Below are positions 19,754 to 28,443 of a stretch of 54,216 nucleotides of DNA, one piece after another (positions within the stretch are counted from its first letter, which is position 1; each line of letters begins with the position of its first letter). The stretch comes from Waddliaceae bacterium. Its GTDB lineage: Bacteria > Chlamydiota > Chlamydiia > Chlamydiales > SLFE01. The notes beneath the pieces were generated by a model. The model did not search any database. It had not been told where the DNA came from and worked only from the letters and a program-made list of their open reading frames with translations. The translations under genes were made by a program, and so were the position numbers. Where the stretch lies: contig CAWAPJ010000014.1 of NCBI GenBank assembly GCA_963783885.1, positions 1-54,216 of the forward strand, written 5' to 3'.

Positions 19754-21532
19754 CTATACCGCACATGGCACAATCTGCTTTTTTAGAGCCATCGATTGGT
19801 ACAGCTGACAAGTTTTAAGCAGCACTTCATGTTTTCCGGATGCTATGATTCTTCCCTTATCGAGAACATAGATCATATCAAAATGCTTGACTGTCTGCAA
19901 ACGGTGCGCAATAGCAATAATTGTTTTCCTTCCTTTCATTTCCCTGATCGATTCGGAAATGATCATTTCTGATAAAGTATCAAGCGAAGCCGTGGCTTCG
20001 TCAAAAATTATAATCTCAGGATCTTTGTAGAGGGCCCTTGCTATTCCGATCCGCTGCCTTTGCCCTCCCGATAATTTAACACCTTGATCTCCAACAACAG
20101 TCTCGACTCCCATGGGAAGCGACTTTATAAATTCTTCTAGACAGCAGACTCTTATCACTTCATTCATTTTTTGAGTGTCAATTTCTGCCTCTCCAAAAGC
20201 AATGTTGCTGCTAATCGTGTCATTGAGCAGCAAAATGCTTTGAGGAACAAAACCAATGCAATGCTGCAGAGGCATCATATTTTTGATCTTTTTCCCATCA
20301 ACGCAAATAGATCCTTTCGTGGGTTCAAGAAGTCCGATTAGGATATCGGCAATCGTACTTTTTCCGCCCCCTGAAGGCCCCACAAATGCCACCGAAGACT
20401 GTTTATTCAATTCAAAGGATATTTGTTCTAAGATTCGAGTCTTTTGTGTGTAGGCAAAATCAACATTTTGAAATTTAATTGTTTTTTCAAAAAAGCAGGG
20501 CTTTGAAATAAGACTGATCTTTTGATCATAATGATCCAGTTCATTGTGAAAAATAGATAGCGACTCTTCTCTATGCTGAAGACTGATACCTAATGAGACC
20601 GCTTGATTGATAGCAGGAAGAACGCGCCTTCCTGCTGCCGCATAAAGAATCAGGATCGCAACAAAATGGGAGTTCAGCTCACCGCTTGAGTAAACAAAAA
20701 GCACGATCGAAATCAAGACTAATATGGCCAATGTTTCGGTGAGCACATTGGGAACAAGAGAATAGAAATTAGTCTTGCGATAGCTTTCTGACATTTTGGA
20801 GAGAGTGTCATCGAATTTGTTCAAAAAGAAAGACTCTTTTCTATAGAGCCTAACCTCCTTAAACAATCGAAGGGATTCTGTCACAATCTGATACCCCCTT
20901 TTTGTCAGATCAACAAGTTCCTGCCCCATTTTTTTCACAGGCTTTTTGTACAGTCGATAAATGACCTGACCTAAGGCAGAAAAAAGAAAAATAATCCCTA
21001 ATGAGCCCCAAAAGTCCTGATATAAGAGAAGAGAAAAAATAAACAGTATCACAAAAGAATATGAAAGCAGCTGCAATTGTTGATAGAGGCCTTCTGTCGC
21101 ATAGAGACTTGTCTGGCTGCAATGTTTGAGCAATGTACTGATATCCGCATCAACATAGGCTGTATAATCCTGATTTAAGTACCTATAAAAAAGCTCTCGA
21201 GTGCGCAAATGGTAATAGTGAAAAGGAAACTTTGTCAGCAGATAATTTGCATAAAGCTGCATAGTTGATTTCAAAATAATAAGAAAAGCAAAAAAAAGGG
21301 AAAAATAAAAGACTATATGTTCAAAAAGAAAACTTAATTTCACAAAATGAAGAGCCCCATAAATCTGAGAAAGAGCCTCTTCAGATTGACTGAGCATGCC
21401 GATATAAGGAACAAGAATCATCAAAGCTGCGGATTCCATTAATGAAGAAAGGACTAAAATGCATACAATATAAATAAATTTGATTCTTTCTGAAGCACTG
21501 AGAGCTGAAAATATACGTATCAAAGATTTCAT
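19754..21532 (-). CDS. ABC exporter, fused TMD-NBD (PglK/MsbA-like glycan flippase)
   Basis: TM N-half, GPSGGGKS, LSGGQRQR and IIFDEATASLD. Confidence 0.9.
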   Translation of the reverse strand: MKSLIRIFSALSASERIKFIYIVCILVLSSLMESAALMILVPYIGMLSQSEEALSQIYGALHFVKLSFLFEHIVFYFSLFFAFLIILKSTMQLYANYLLTKFPFHYYHLRTRELFYRYLNQDYTAYVDADISTLLKHCSQTSLYATEGLYQQLQLLSYSFVILFIFSLLLYQDFWGSLGIIFLFSALGQVIYRLYKKPVKKMGQELVDLTKRGYQIVTESLRLFKEVRLYRKESFFLNKFDDTLSKMSESYRKTNFYSLVPNVLTETLAILVLISIVLFVYSSGELNSHFVAILILYAAAGRRVLPAINQAVSLGISLQHREESLSIFHNELDHYDQKISLISKPCFFEKTIKFQNVDFAYTQKTRILEQISFELNKQSSVAFVGPSGGGKSTIADILIGLLEPTKGSICVDGKKIKNMMPLQHCIGFVPQSILLLNDTISSNIAFGEAEIDTQKMNEVIRVCCLEEFIKSLPMGVETVVGDQGVKLSGGQRQRIGIARALYKDPEIIIFDEATASLDTLSEMIISESIREMKGRKTIIAIAHRLQTVKHFDMIYVLDKGRIIASGKHEVLLKTCQLYQSMALKKQIVPCAV

Positions 21533-21537
21533 TTAGG

Positions 21538-22257
21538 TTATTCAAATTTATTTACGGAGACAAATGAGACATTTTTTGAGACATATTTGCCAAGATTTTC
21601 ATCACGGTCTTTTAAAAAATTTTCAACTTTTTGATTTCGATCAATGAATTCGTCTGTCCACCAGATAGGATGAATCAAGATCTGAATCATTTCCAGGCAG
21701 AAATTTTCTAAAATTCGGGCCGGATCCCCACAACGCCAAAAATGATTGCTATCAGAGATATACTGATCTTGACGAAAAAAATCTAAGTGATAGGTGTTGA
21801 ACAAATGAGGAACCTCTAGTGTTTTTACATCAATCCCTTTTTGGGAAAGGGAGGCCGGTCGATGAACACTAAAAACCCGAATCTTTTGTCCTACAATATC
21901 GGAAAGACGCTTTGCCTGAAAAATAATTTTTTCTTCGTGATTTGCATGATTTTCGTAAACATAATGAAGGCCGATTTCATGCCCCATTGCGATTATGTCA
22001 TGTAATTTTTGACAATTTTCCCGAGCACTATAAGCCTCAGTCTCCAGCATCACAAAATAAGTGGCTTTGATATCCTGCTGCCACTCCCGCAGGGCAAAAG
22101 AATGCGCCAGTTCAAGACTAAAGTCCAGGTCATGTCTTAAGTAAATTCTTTTATCATGTTTTTCGCCGAAGAATGAAAACTCATAGCCTTTATCTTTAAG
22201 TAGGCACATGATCTTATTAAAAAAATTAAATGTAAAGTATCGAGGATCAAAGCTCAT
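21538..22257 (-). CDS. Polysaccharide deacetylase-like protein (WbmS-like)
   Basis: LRHDLD, ATYF, GHEIGLH, SVHRP, YISDS and ILIHPIWW. Confidence 0.8.
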   Translation of the reverse strand: MSFDPRYFTFNFFNKIMCLLKDKGYEFSFFGEKHDKRIYLRHDLDFSLELAHSFALREWQQDIKATYFVMLETEAYSARENCQKLHDIIAMGHEIGLHYVYENHANHEEKIIFQAKRLSDIVGQKIRVFSVHRPASLSQKGIDVKTLEVPHLFNTYHLDFFRQDQYISDSNHFWRCGDPARILENFCLEMIQILIHPIWWTDEFIDRNQKVENFLKDRDENLGKYVSKNVSFVSVNKFE

Positions 22258-22341
22258 CAGGAAACATTATCCCCTCGCTTATCATTTTTGGCAATTATCT
22301 TTAAACATATTCATCCTAGCGCTATAATAATTCTGTTGATT

Positions 22342-23397
22342 ATGGATAAAGAACAATATTTTCTCATTACAGGCGTTGGAGCCCCCGGAACGCAAGGAAC
22401 TCTCCGTTGTTTAAAGAGACCTAATATCAAGTTCATCGGAGTGGATATGGATTCACAATGCGCCGGGTCCCATTTCGTCGATCGCTTCTACCCCGTTCCC
22501 AAACCAGAAGACAAAACTTACCTTAACACAATTATTTCTATCTGCCGTCAACACCAAGTTTCTTTAATTATTCCACAAACTACAAGAGAAATCGATGTTC
22601 TCTCCGCTAACCTAAGCGAATTGTCCAAGTTGAATTTAAACGTTATGACCTCCCCTTATTCAGCCCTAAAGAGAGCCAATGATAAATTTTCCATGATAAA
22701 GATCTTCAATCATTTAGGATTTCCAACACCGAAATATTATTTAACAAAATCAAAGAATGCCCTTGTCGAAGCGGCATATCAACTTGGCTATCCTGATCAT
22801 CAAGTTGCTGTAAAACCGCCAAAATCCAACGGCATGAGAGGGTTTCGTATTCTGCAGTCATCATGTTTGACATCAAAGCGTTTTTTGAATGAAAAACCAT
22901 CCGGCACTGAAATCTCTTTAGACCACATGCTTGAAATCCTTGACAATGGGGATGAGTGGCCGGAGCTTCTTGTTACAGAGTACCTGCCGGGCGACGAGTA
23001 TTCCGTTGATGCCTTTATCGGAGAAAAGGCTTCAATTGCAATTGTCCGCAAAAGAGATAAGATCCGAAGCGGCATTAGCTTTCGGACGACGCCTATGAGT
23101 CATCCACTTATGGAAAAGATGACACTAGATACAGGAAAATATTTAGGACTTCGGTATGTTTTCGGCATGCAATATAAGCTAGACTGCGAAGGAGTTCCTA
23201 AAATATTAGAATGCAATCCACGGGTTCAAGGAACAATGGCGGCAACTCTCAATACCGGAATCAATCTCATATGGGCCGGGGCGCTCGAAGCTTTGGGCAG
23301 CCCTGTGGCATCTTTTCCCAAACCAAAATTTGGAATTTGTTTTGACCGCTATTGGGGAGGAGTCTTTTTTGATGAAGGAAAAGTGCAGACTATCTGA
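22342..23397 (+). CDS. ATP-grasp ligase (carbamoyl-phosphate-synthase-like)
   Basis: ITGVG, ANDK, VKP..SNGMRG, EYLPGDEYSVD and LECNPR. Confidence 0.85.
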   Translation: MDKEQYFLITGVGAPGTQGTLRCLKRPNIKFIGVDMDSQCAGSHFVDRFYPVPKPEDKTYLNTIISICRQHQVSLIIPQTTREIDVLSANLSELSKLNLNVMTSPYSALKRANDKFSMIKIFNHLGFPTPKYYLTKSKNALVEAAYQLGYPDHQVAVKPPKSNGMRGFRILQSSCLTSKRFLNEKPSGTEISLDHMLEILDNGDEWPELLVTEYLPGDEYSVDAFIGEKASIAIVRKRDKIRSGISFRTTPMSHPLMEKMTLDTGKYLGLRYVFGMQYKLDCEGVPKILECNPRVQGTMAATLNTGINLIWAGALEALGSPVASFPKPKFGICFDRYWGGVFFDEGKVQTI

Positions 23398-24043
23398 TTC
23401 ACCCCACACCTATTGGTTTCATCTCCACACCCATTATACAGATGGCGTCTTGTCTGTAGAAGATTATTTCAAAATGGCTAAAATCCGCGGCATTGAGGAA
23501 TTGATTTTTCTTGAACACATTCGACGGAAACCGAGTTACGATGTGGAAGAGTTTGTCGAAATTGTGAAAAATAATGCGAAAAAATATCAAATACATTCTC
23601 GAGTCGGTTTTGAAGCTAAAATAATTGAAGACGGAACCCTCGACATCTCTGATGAACACCTCGAACTGTCGGAGATCATCGGAATCGCAGAACACGGTTT
23701 TCCATCAAATTCCGCGCTTTTTCTGTCTGCCTGGAAAAAAGCGATGGATTTTGCCAAAGACCTCCTTCCCAAAAAAGAAGTCGTTTGGGTTCACCCCGGA
23801 CTGTTTTTCCGCAAAAACCGATTATTGATCTCTCATCAACAAGAATACCATCACATGCTCAATTATGCCTTGGACCAGGGTATACAGCTAGAATACAATT
23901 TAAAATATAAATTGTTCGAGACACCTAATCATCAGAAAATTCCTTATGTACTCGGAATTGACGCACACCGAGAGAGTGATATAAGGCTCTGGGAAAAATA
24001 TTTAAAACTTAATCTCGGCTGTGTACAATATTCGGACGCATAA
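23372..24043 (+). CDS. PHP-domain metallohydrolase
   Basis: HLHTHYTDG, LEH, GFEAK, WVHPG and GIDAH. Confidence 0.8.
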   Translation: MKEKCRLSDSPHTYWFHLHTHYTDGVLSVEDYFKMAKIRGIEELIFLEHIRRKPSYDVEEFVEIVKNNAKKYQIHSRVGFEAKIIEDGTLDISDEHLELSEIIGIAEHGFPSNSALFLSAWKKAMDFAKDLLPKKEVVWVHPGLFFRKNRLLISHQQEYHHMLNYALDQGIQLEYNLKYKLFETPNHQKIPYVLGIDAHRESDIRLWEKYLKLNLGCVQYSDA

Positions 24044-24149
24044 GCACTTTGGCAATAGCCTGAAAAATATAGCTTTTACCAATCCGACCAATCCCCTTTT
24101 GCCGATATGACCGAAGCCTTTTCTCTTAGACCCTGATTGCTACCTAAAC

Positions 24150-24266
24150 TTGTTGTTAAAGTCTTTCGTTGGATTCAGATGCGTAGACTCGATTTGAAGG
24201 CAAGGGTAATCCCTTGCCGATAATCGAGGCTTAGCAGATGAATTCAATGAAAGATTTTAACGACAA
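24150..24266. repeat. Long imperfect hairpin inside IS982 left end
   Basis: 28-bp outer stem whose mismatches are all G-U compatible on the + strand; core GGCAAGGGTAATCCCTTGCC. Confidence 0.75.
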
Positions 24267-24307
24267 TAGTCTCTATGATACTTCCTTAGCCAAAAAAAGG
24301 GGGCATC

Positions 24308-25147
24308 ATGGAAACTTACGCAACAACAGTTTATGTCATCAGCGAAGAAATCCTTCGAATTTTGGGGATTAAAGACGATCCTCAATCTCAAATGTCCAAC
24401 GCAGAAGTGATAACTTTTGCTATTTTATCAGCAAAATATTTTTCTTGTAACTATAAAATGTCCAGATATTTATGTAAAAGATTACGATTATTCAGAGCTA
24501 TTTTAAGCAATAGCCGGCTAAATCGCCGAATTCATAAAATTCCTTGGATTTGTTGGAACGCCATTTTCCGTTTTTTAGCTCTATTTTTTAAGCAAATAAA
24601 TAAAGATCAGGGTTTTGCTATAGACAGCTTTCCAGTTTCATGTTGTCAGAAAAATAGAATCGATAAACGGAAGGTTTTTCTAGAACGAAGGTATTTAGGT
24701 TTCGCAGCTTCTAAAAAGCGTTACTTTTGCGGCATAAAAGTTCATATGATTGTGACGAGCGAAGGCAAGCCGGTTGAAGTTCTTTTCAAGCCAGGAGCAG
24801 TAAGCGATGTAAAGGTGCTCTGGGAAATGAAACTGGACATTCCACCAGATTCTAAACTTTATGCAGATGGTGCGTATAATTGCTTTGATTTAGAAGACAT
24901 CTTGAAAGAAGAACAAATTACATTGCTTGCAAAACGGGGATGTAAAGCAAAGAATAGAGTCCGAACACCAATTGAAGAGAGGGAAATTAGCAGCAAGCGA
25001 CAGATTGTCGAGACGACATTTAGCTGCATAACAAACCTTTTCTAAAGAACTTTTAAGTTCTGCACTGAACAAGGCTTTTTGATAAAAGTATTCTGTGCAA
25101 TTCTTGCCTATAGTGTTTCGTTTTTATGCAAAGGGGAGCTCAGCTAG
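24308..25147 (+). pseudogene. IS982 transposase with premature TAA at 25043-25045
   Basis: AIDSFP, GIKVH, YADGAY and RQIVETTFS. The frame continues in phase after the TAA (RTFKFCTEQGFLIKVFCAILAYS...) to TAG 25145-25147. Confidence 0.85.
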
Positions 25148-25250
25148 AGCTTACACGAGCACACCATCTACTGCCTGTAGCGCCTCGGCAAGGGATTACC
25201 CTTGCCGAGGCGCTACAGTTGTATCTGGCGCACTCGTGTAAGCTCTAGCT
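25142..25250. repeat. Nested hairpin inside IS982 right end
   Basis: Perfect 18-bp outer stem (25142-25159 / 25233-25250) and perfect 20-bp inner stem (25175-25194 / 25199-25218). Confidence 0.85.
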
Positions 25251-25320
25251 AAGGTTTAGGTAGCAATCAGGGTCTTAGATCTATCTGGGAAAATTTAAAG
25301 AATTATCCCGACGCTGCAAT

Positions 25321-26196
25321 TTAATTTCTCTCAAAGAGGGAGCCGACTAGACTGTGCAGCTCTGAGACTTCCTCGCGATAGAGGGTGTCGAGGCGGTCGA
25401 ATTCCTGATTTAGTGCAATGAAGTCTTTTTCCAGCTTCAAATAGTAGTCGTCCTGGCCGAAAGTCGTTTTTTCATCCAACTCTTTTTTGAGAGAGGCAAG
25501 ATGCTCTTTTGTTGCGAAAAGCTCTTTGCGGGTGTCATCCAAAACCCTTCCTTTTTCATGAAACTGCTGCCTCAGCTGGCGATAGAGCGATTCATACGTA
25601 TCGGCAGAAGCTCCAACTTGCACTTGATATTTCTCAACCATCGGACGGATGGAAATTTCGCTTTGAATCTTTGAGAGCTCTTCCACTAATCTCCTGTTTT
25701 CAGATTCCGTGTCTAGATATTTCGCCTCAAAATCATTTCTTTGCTCTTTGGTCCAGTTCAAATCCGCAAGAAGTTTTTCCTTTTCAGAGGCCCATTGTTT
25801 TTGCAGGGTGCCAAGTTTTTCGATGTGGACCAGGCGGCTTTTCGAATGCTCCCGATCTTTCTTAAGAATAATTTCGATTTCTTCTATGGAAAGTGCCGTC
25901 ACAACGAAAGAGAGGGCAGAGGCCATTGCCAGTCCCAAAAACCAAAAACGGTCGTGGGCGGCGACAGAAGAAAATGTGATCAAAAGCAAACCCGACAATA
26001 AGAGAAGAGACAGAAGAAGCCCTTTCATTTTCCATTGCCAGCTAAGGGCCACGCCCAGAGCGGCCACGAAAAACAAATAAATGTGAGAAGGGGACAATTT
26101 AACAAGGTAGACAAAAAAAATCATCAATGTCAAAAATGGTCCGAGGAGTGACCAGAATTTTATTTTGCCAATCATTTGGTTGCCGCTCATTTCCAT
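25321..26196 (-). CDS. Hypothetical membrane protein, about four TM helices plus long coiled coil
   Basis: Hydrophobic N-terminal third, heptad-rich remainder; AGGAAGGAG RBS before ATG 26196. Confidence 0.75.
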   Translation of the reverse strand: MEMSGNQMIGKIKFWSLLGPFLTLMIFFVYLVKLSPSHIYLFFVAALGVALSWQWKMKGLLLSLLLLSGLLLITFSSVAAHDRFWFLGLAMASALSFVVTALSIEEIEIILKKDREHSKSRLVHIEKLGTLQKQWASEKEKLLADLNWTKEQRNDFEAKYLDTESENRRLVEELSKIQSEISIRPMVEKYQVQVGASADTYESLYRQLRQQFHEKGRVLDDTRKELFATKEHLASLKKELDEKTTFGQDDYYLKLEKDFIALNQEFDRLDTLYREEVSELHSLVGSLFERN

Positions 26197-26239
26197 GATA
26201 CTCCTTCCTCGGGATTTTCTCATTATGGGGCTTTTTTTT

Positions 26240-27424
26240 CTAGAAAATGATTTGCAGGAGAGAAAAATCATCGATAAAAGGGCCCGGCCCATTGATTTTT
26301 CGTGTCTCTAAAACGATTTTTTCAAGAATCTGGCTTTTATCATCCAAATTTGAAGAGACGAATTGGAAAAACTCAACAAACGTCGTTCTGCTTCCGTCGG
26401 GCCTTTTGATTTCATAGACTCCGTCGCTATAAATAATCAGACTGCTCCCCTTTTTCACTTCGATGGACTCCTCCTGGAAGTCGGCATCGAAAACGCCCCC
26501 GATAAGAAACCCTTCGGTATTCAGCTGATGGATGTTATTTTCGGGATCGATGAGAATTCCCGGCGGGTGCCCTCCGCTTGCATAAACGAGCTGATTATTT
26601 CCTTTGTTATAGACGCCGTACCAGATGGTGAAAAACATCTGATTGTTCTTTTCCATCGGAAAGGCCGTGTTCAGGGACTTCAGGACGCTTTTGGGCGAAA
26701 AATAATCGGTTCCAGCCAAAGCGCCTGTTCTCAAAACATTGATCACCGAGATCGACAGCAATGCGGCCCCCACCCCATGCCCGCAGACATCGAGCAAATA
26801 AATGGCGAAGTGATCATCGTCTATCCAGTGATACCCGAAAGCATCGCCCCCAAGATCCTGGGAAGGAATAAACTCCCAGCTGGTCGAAACCGGCCCGCCT
26901 TCGGGATCCGGCAGCAAGGACCTGACATAATCTGCCGCTTCGTCTAGCTCTGCCTGAAGGGCTGCCTGGCTTTTTGCCAATTTTTCAAAGGCCTCATTCC
27001 GCTCCAAAAGCCGTATATACCCTTTGGAGTGATAGCGGATGCGGGCGATCATTTCAACTTTGTCGGGCAGTTTAACCAGGTAATCGTTGGCGCCGCAGGT
27101 GAACGCCTCGGCCTTGACACTCGGCTCTTCTTTCGCGGAAAGGACTATCAGCGGAACTTCCTTCGTTTTCGGGTTGGCGCGGAAATACCTTGAGAGCGTC
27201 AGACCGTCCAGTTCGGGCATGATCAGGTCCTGGAGTATCACTGTCGGAGAAAACTCATTGGCGGTTTCAATAGCCTTTGTCGGATCTGAACAATAGGCAA
27301 ACTCAATATCCTTTTCATCTTTGAGCATTAATTTGACCGATTCGGCTATGATAGGCTGATCATCGATCAAAAGAACTTTGATGGGATGAACTTTCTTCAC
27401 TTTGTAGGGATTGACAATCGTCAT
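26240..27424 (-). CDS. Response regulator fused to SpoIIE/PP2C (RsbU-like) phosphatase
   Basis: REC domain (LIDDQ, ILQDLIMP, YLVKLP) plus LGGD, DVCGHG, GGHPP, YSDG and DDFS. ATGA overlap with cheB. Confidence 0.9.
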   Translation of the reverse strand: MTIVNPYKVKKVHPIKVLLIDDQPIIAESVKLMLKDEKDIEFAYCSDPTKAIETANEFSPTVILQDLIMPELDGLTLSRYFRANPKTKEVPLIVLSAKEEPSVKAEAFTCGANDYLVKLPDKVEMIARIRYHSKGYIRLLERNEAFEKLAKSQAALQAELDEAADYVRSLLPDPEGGPVSTSWEFIPSQDLGGDAFGYHWIDDDHFAIYLLDVCGHGVGAALLSISVINVLRTGALAGTDYFSPKSVLKSLNTAFPMEKNNQMFFTIWYGVYNKGNNQLVYASGGHPPGILIDPENNIHQLNTEGFLIGGVFDADFQEESIEVKKGSSLIIYSDGVYEIKRPDGSRTTFVEFFQFVSSNLDDKSQILEKIVLETRKINGPGPFIDDFSLLQIIF

Positions 27425-28443
27425 AGTCTTGATTTTCTTCTTTTTATTTGCGATAGGATGACAAGGGGGATGTTGGCGATATTCAGCACCTCGGAAACGG
27501 CCCCCAATTCGATGGCGGCTTTGGGCATTCCAAAGACAACGCAGCTCCCCTCGTCTTCGGCAATTGTATACCATCCTTTATTTTTTAGCTGTTTCAGTCC
27601 CCTGGCCCCATCGGAACCCATTCCAGTCAAAAGCACCGCAACCGAAGGAGACGGCCAAAATTTCGCGAGGCTGTCAAAAAAAATATCGATGGAGGGGTGG
27701 TAGGGTGTCGGTTCGCTTTGCGATGTGTAGGCAAGGCTGCCCTCTCTTGTCGCCGTCAGATGCCACTTGGAGTCCGAAACATAAACGACCCCCCGTTTCG
27801 GCTTGGTTTCCTTCTCAATCATATGAACAGGAAGATGGGACCTCTTCGAAAACCACTCCACAAGGTCAGAAGTGAATTTATCGTCGACGTGTTGAATGAT
27901 GACGACCGCCGCCTCCAGATTTGTCGGAAAAGAAGAGATAATGGACGCAATGGCCAAGGGTCCGCCCGTTGAGGCGCCAATGGCGATAAGCGGGATGCAT
28001 TTCGACAACCCGGCTTCCTGCCGTCCGGTATCCGGAAGGACATTTTTTGCCTTTTCGGGCTCGACGAGAAAGGAAAACTGCGTGATCTTCTGGATCATGG
28101 ACGAATATTGCGGCGAAGTCCCTTTTTCGGGTATAACAGCCACATCCAACGCCCCGTGGGCCATAGCTTCGAAAATTAATGACGAATTTTTTCCGATATC
28201 ATGCGTTATCAGGAGTATCGGGCAGTTCGTGCGGCTCATGAGATCTTTTGCCACCAAGATGCCGTCAAGTTCGGTTATATGAACATCGAGTAAAATTAAA
28301 TCGGGACGCTCCTTTTCGGAAAGTTCAATCGCGTGCCGGCCATAATTTGTCGTCCAAACCACAAGATGATCGGTCAATTCGTGGATGACGCTTCTCAATC
28401 TTTCTCTTTGCTCATTGAGATGGTGTACAATGCCTATTTTCAT
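27421..28443 (-). CDS. cheB: Chemotaxis methylesterase (WspF-like)
   Basis: REC domain plus GASTGG, IQHV, PSID, LTGMGSDG and VFGMP. Confidence 0.93.
   Translation of the reverse strand: MKIGIVHHLNEQRERLRSVIHELTDHLVVWTTNYGRHAIELSEKERPDLILLDVHITELDGILVAKDLMSRTNCPILLITHDIGKNSSLIFEAMAHGALDVAVIPEKGTSPQYSSMIQKITQFSFLVEPEKAKNVLPDTGRQEAGLSKCIPLIAIGASTGGPLAIASIISSFPTNLEAAVVIIQHVDDKFTSDLVEWFSKRSHLPVHMIEKETKPKRGVVYVSDSKWHLTATREGSLAYTSQSEPTPYHPSIDIFFDSLAKFWPSPSVAVLLTGMGSDGARGLKQLKNKGWYTIAEDEGSCVVFGMPKAAIELGAVSEVLNIANIPLVILSQIKRRKSRL

Larger units (their letters stand above)
24130..25273 (+). mobile_element. IS982-family element
   Basis: Perfect 20-bp IR ACCCTGATTGCTACCTAAAC (24130-24149 / 25254-25273), with a 5-bp direct repeat CTTAG on both flanks. 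Confidence 0.9.

Noticed and set aside
26240-27574. Extended starts in the ORF track (27574; likewise 3868, 4956, 15106, 18474, 26292)
   Set aside because: They overlap neighbouring genes heavily; downstream ATGs with an RBS or stop-start coupling fit better.
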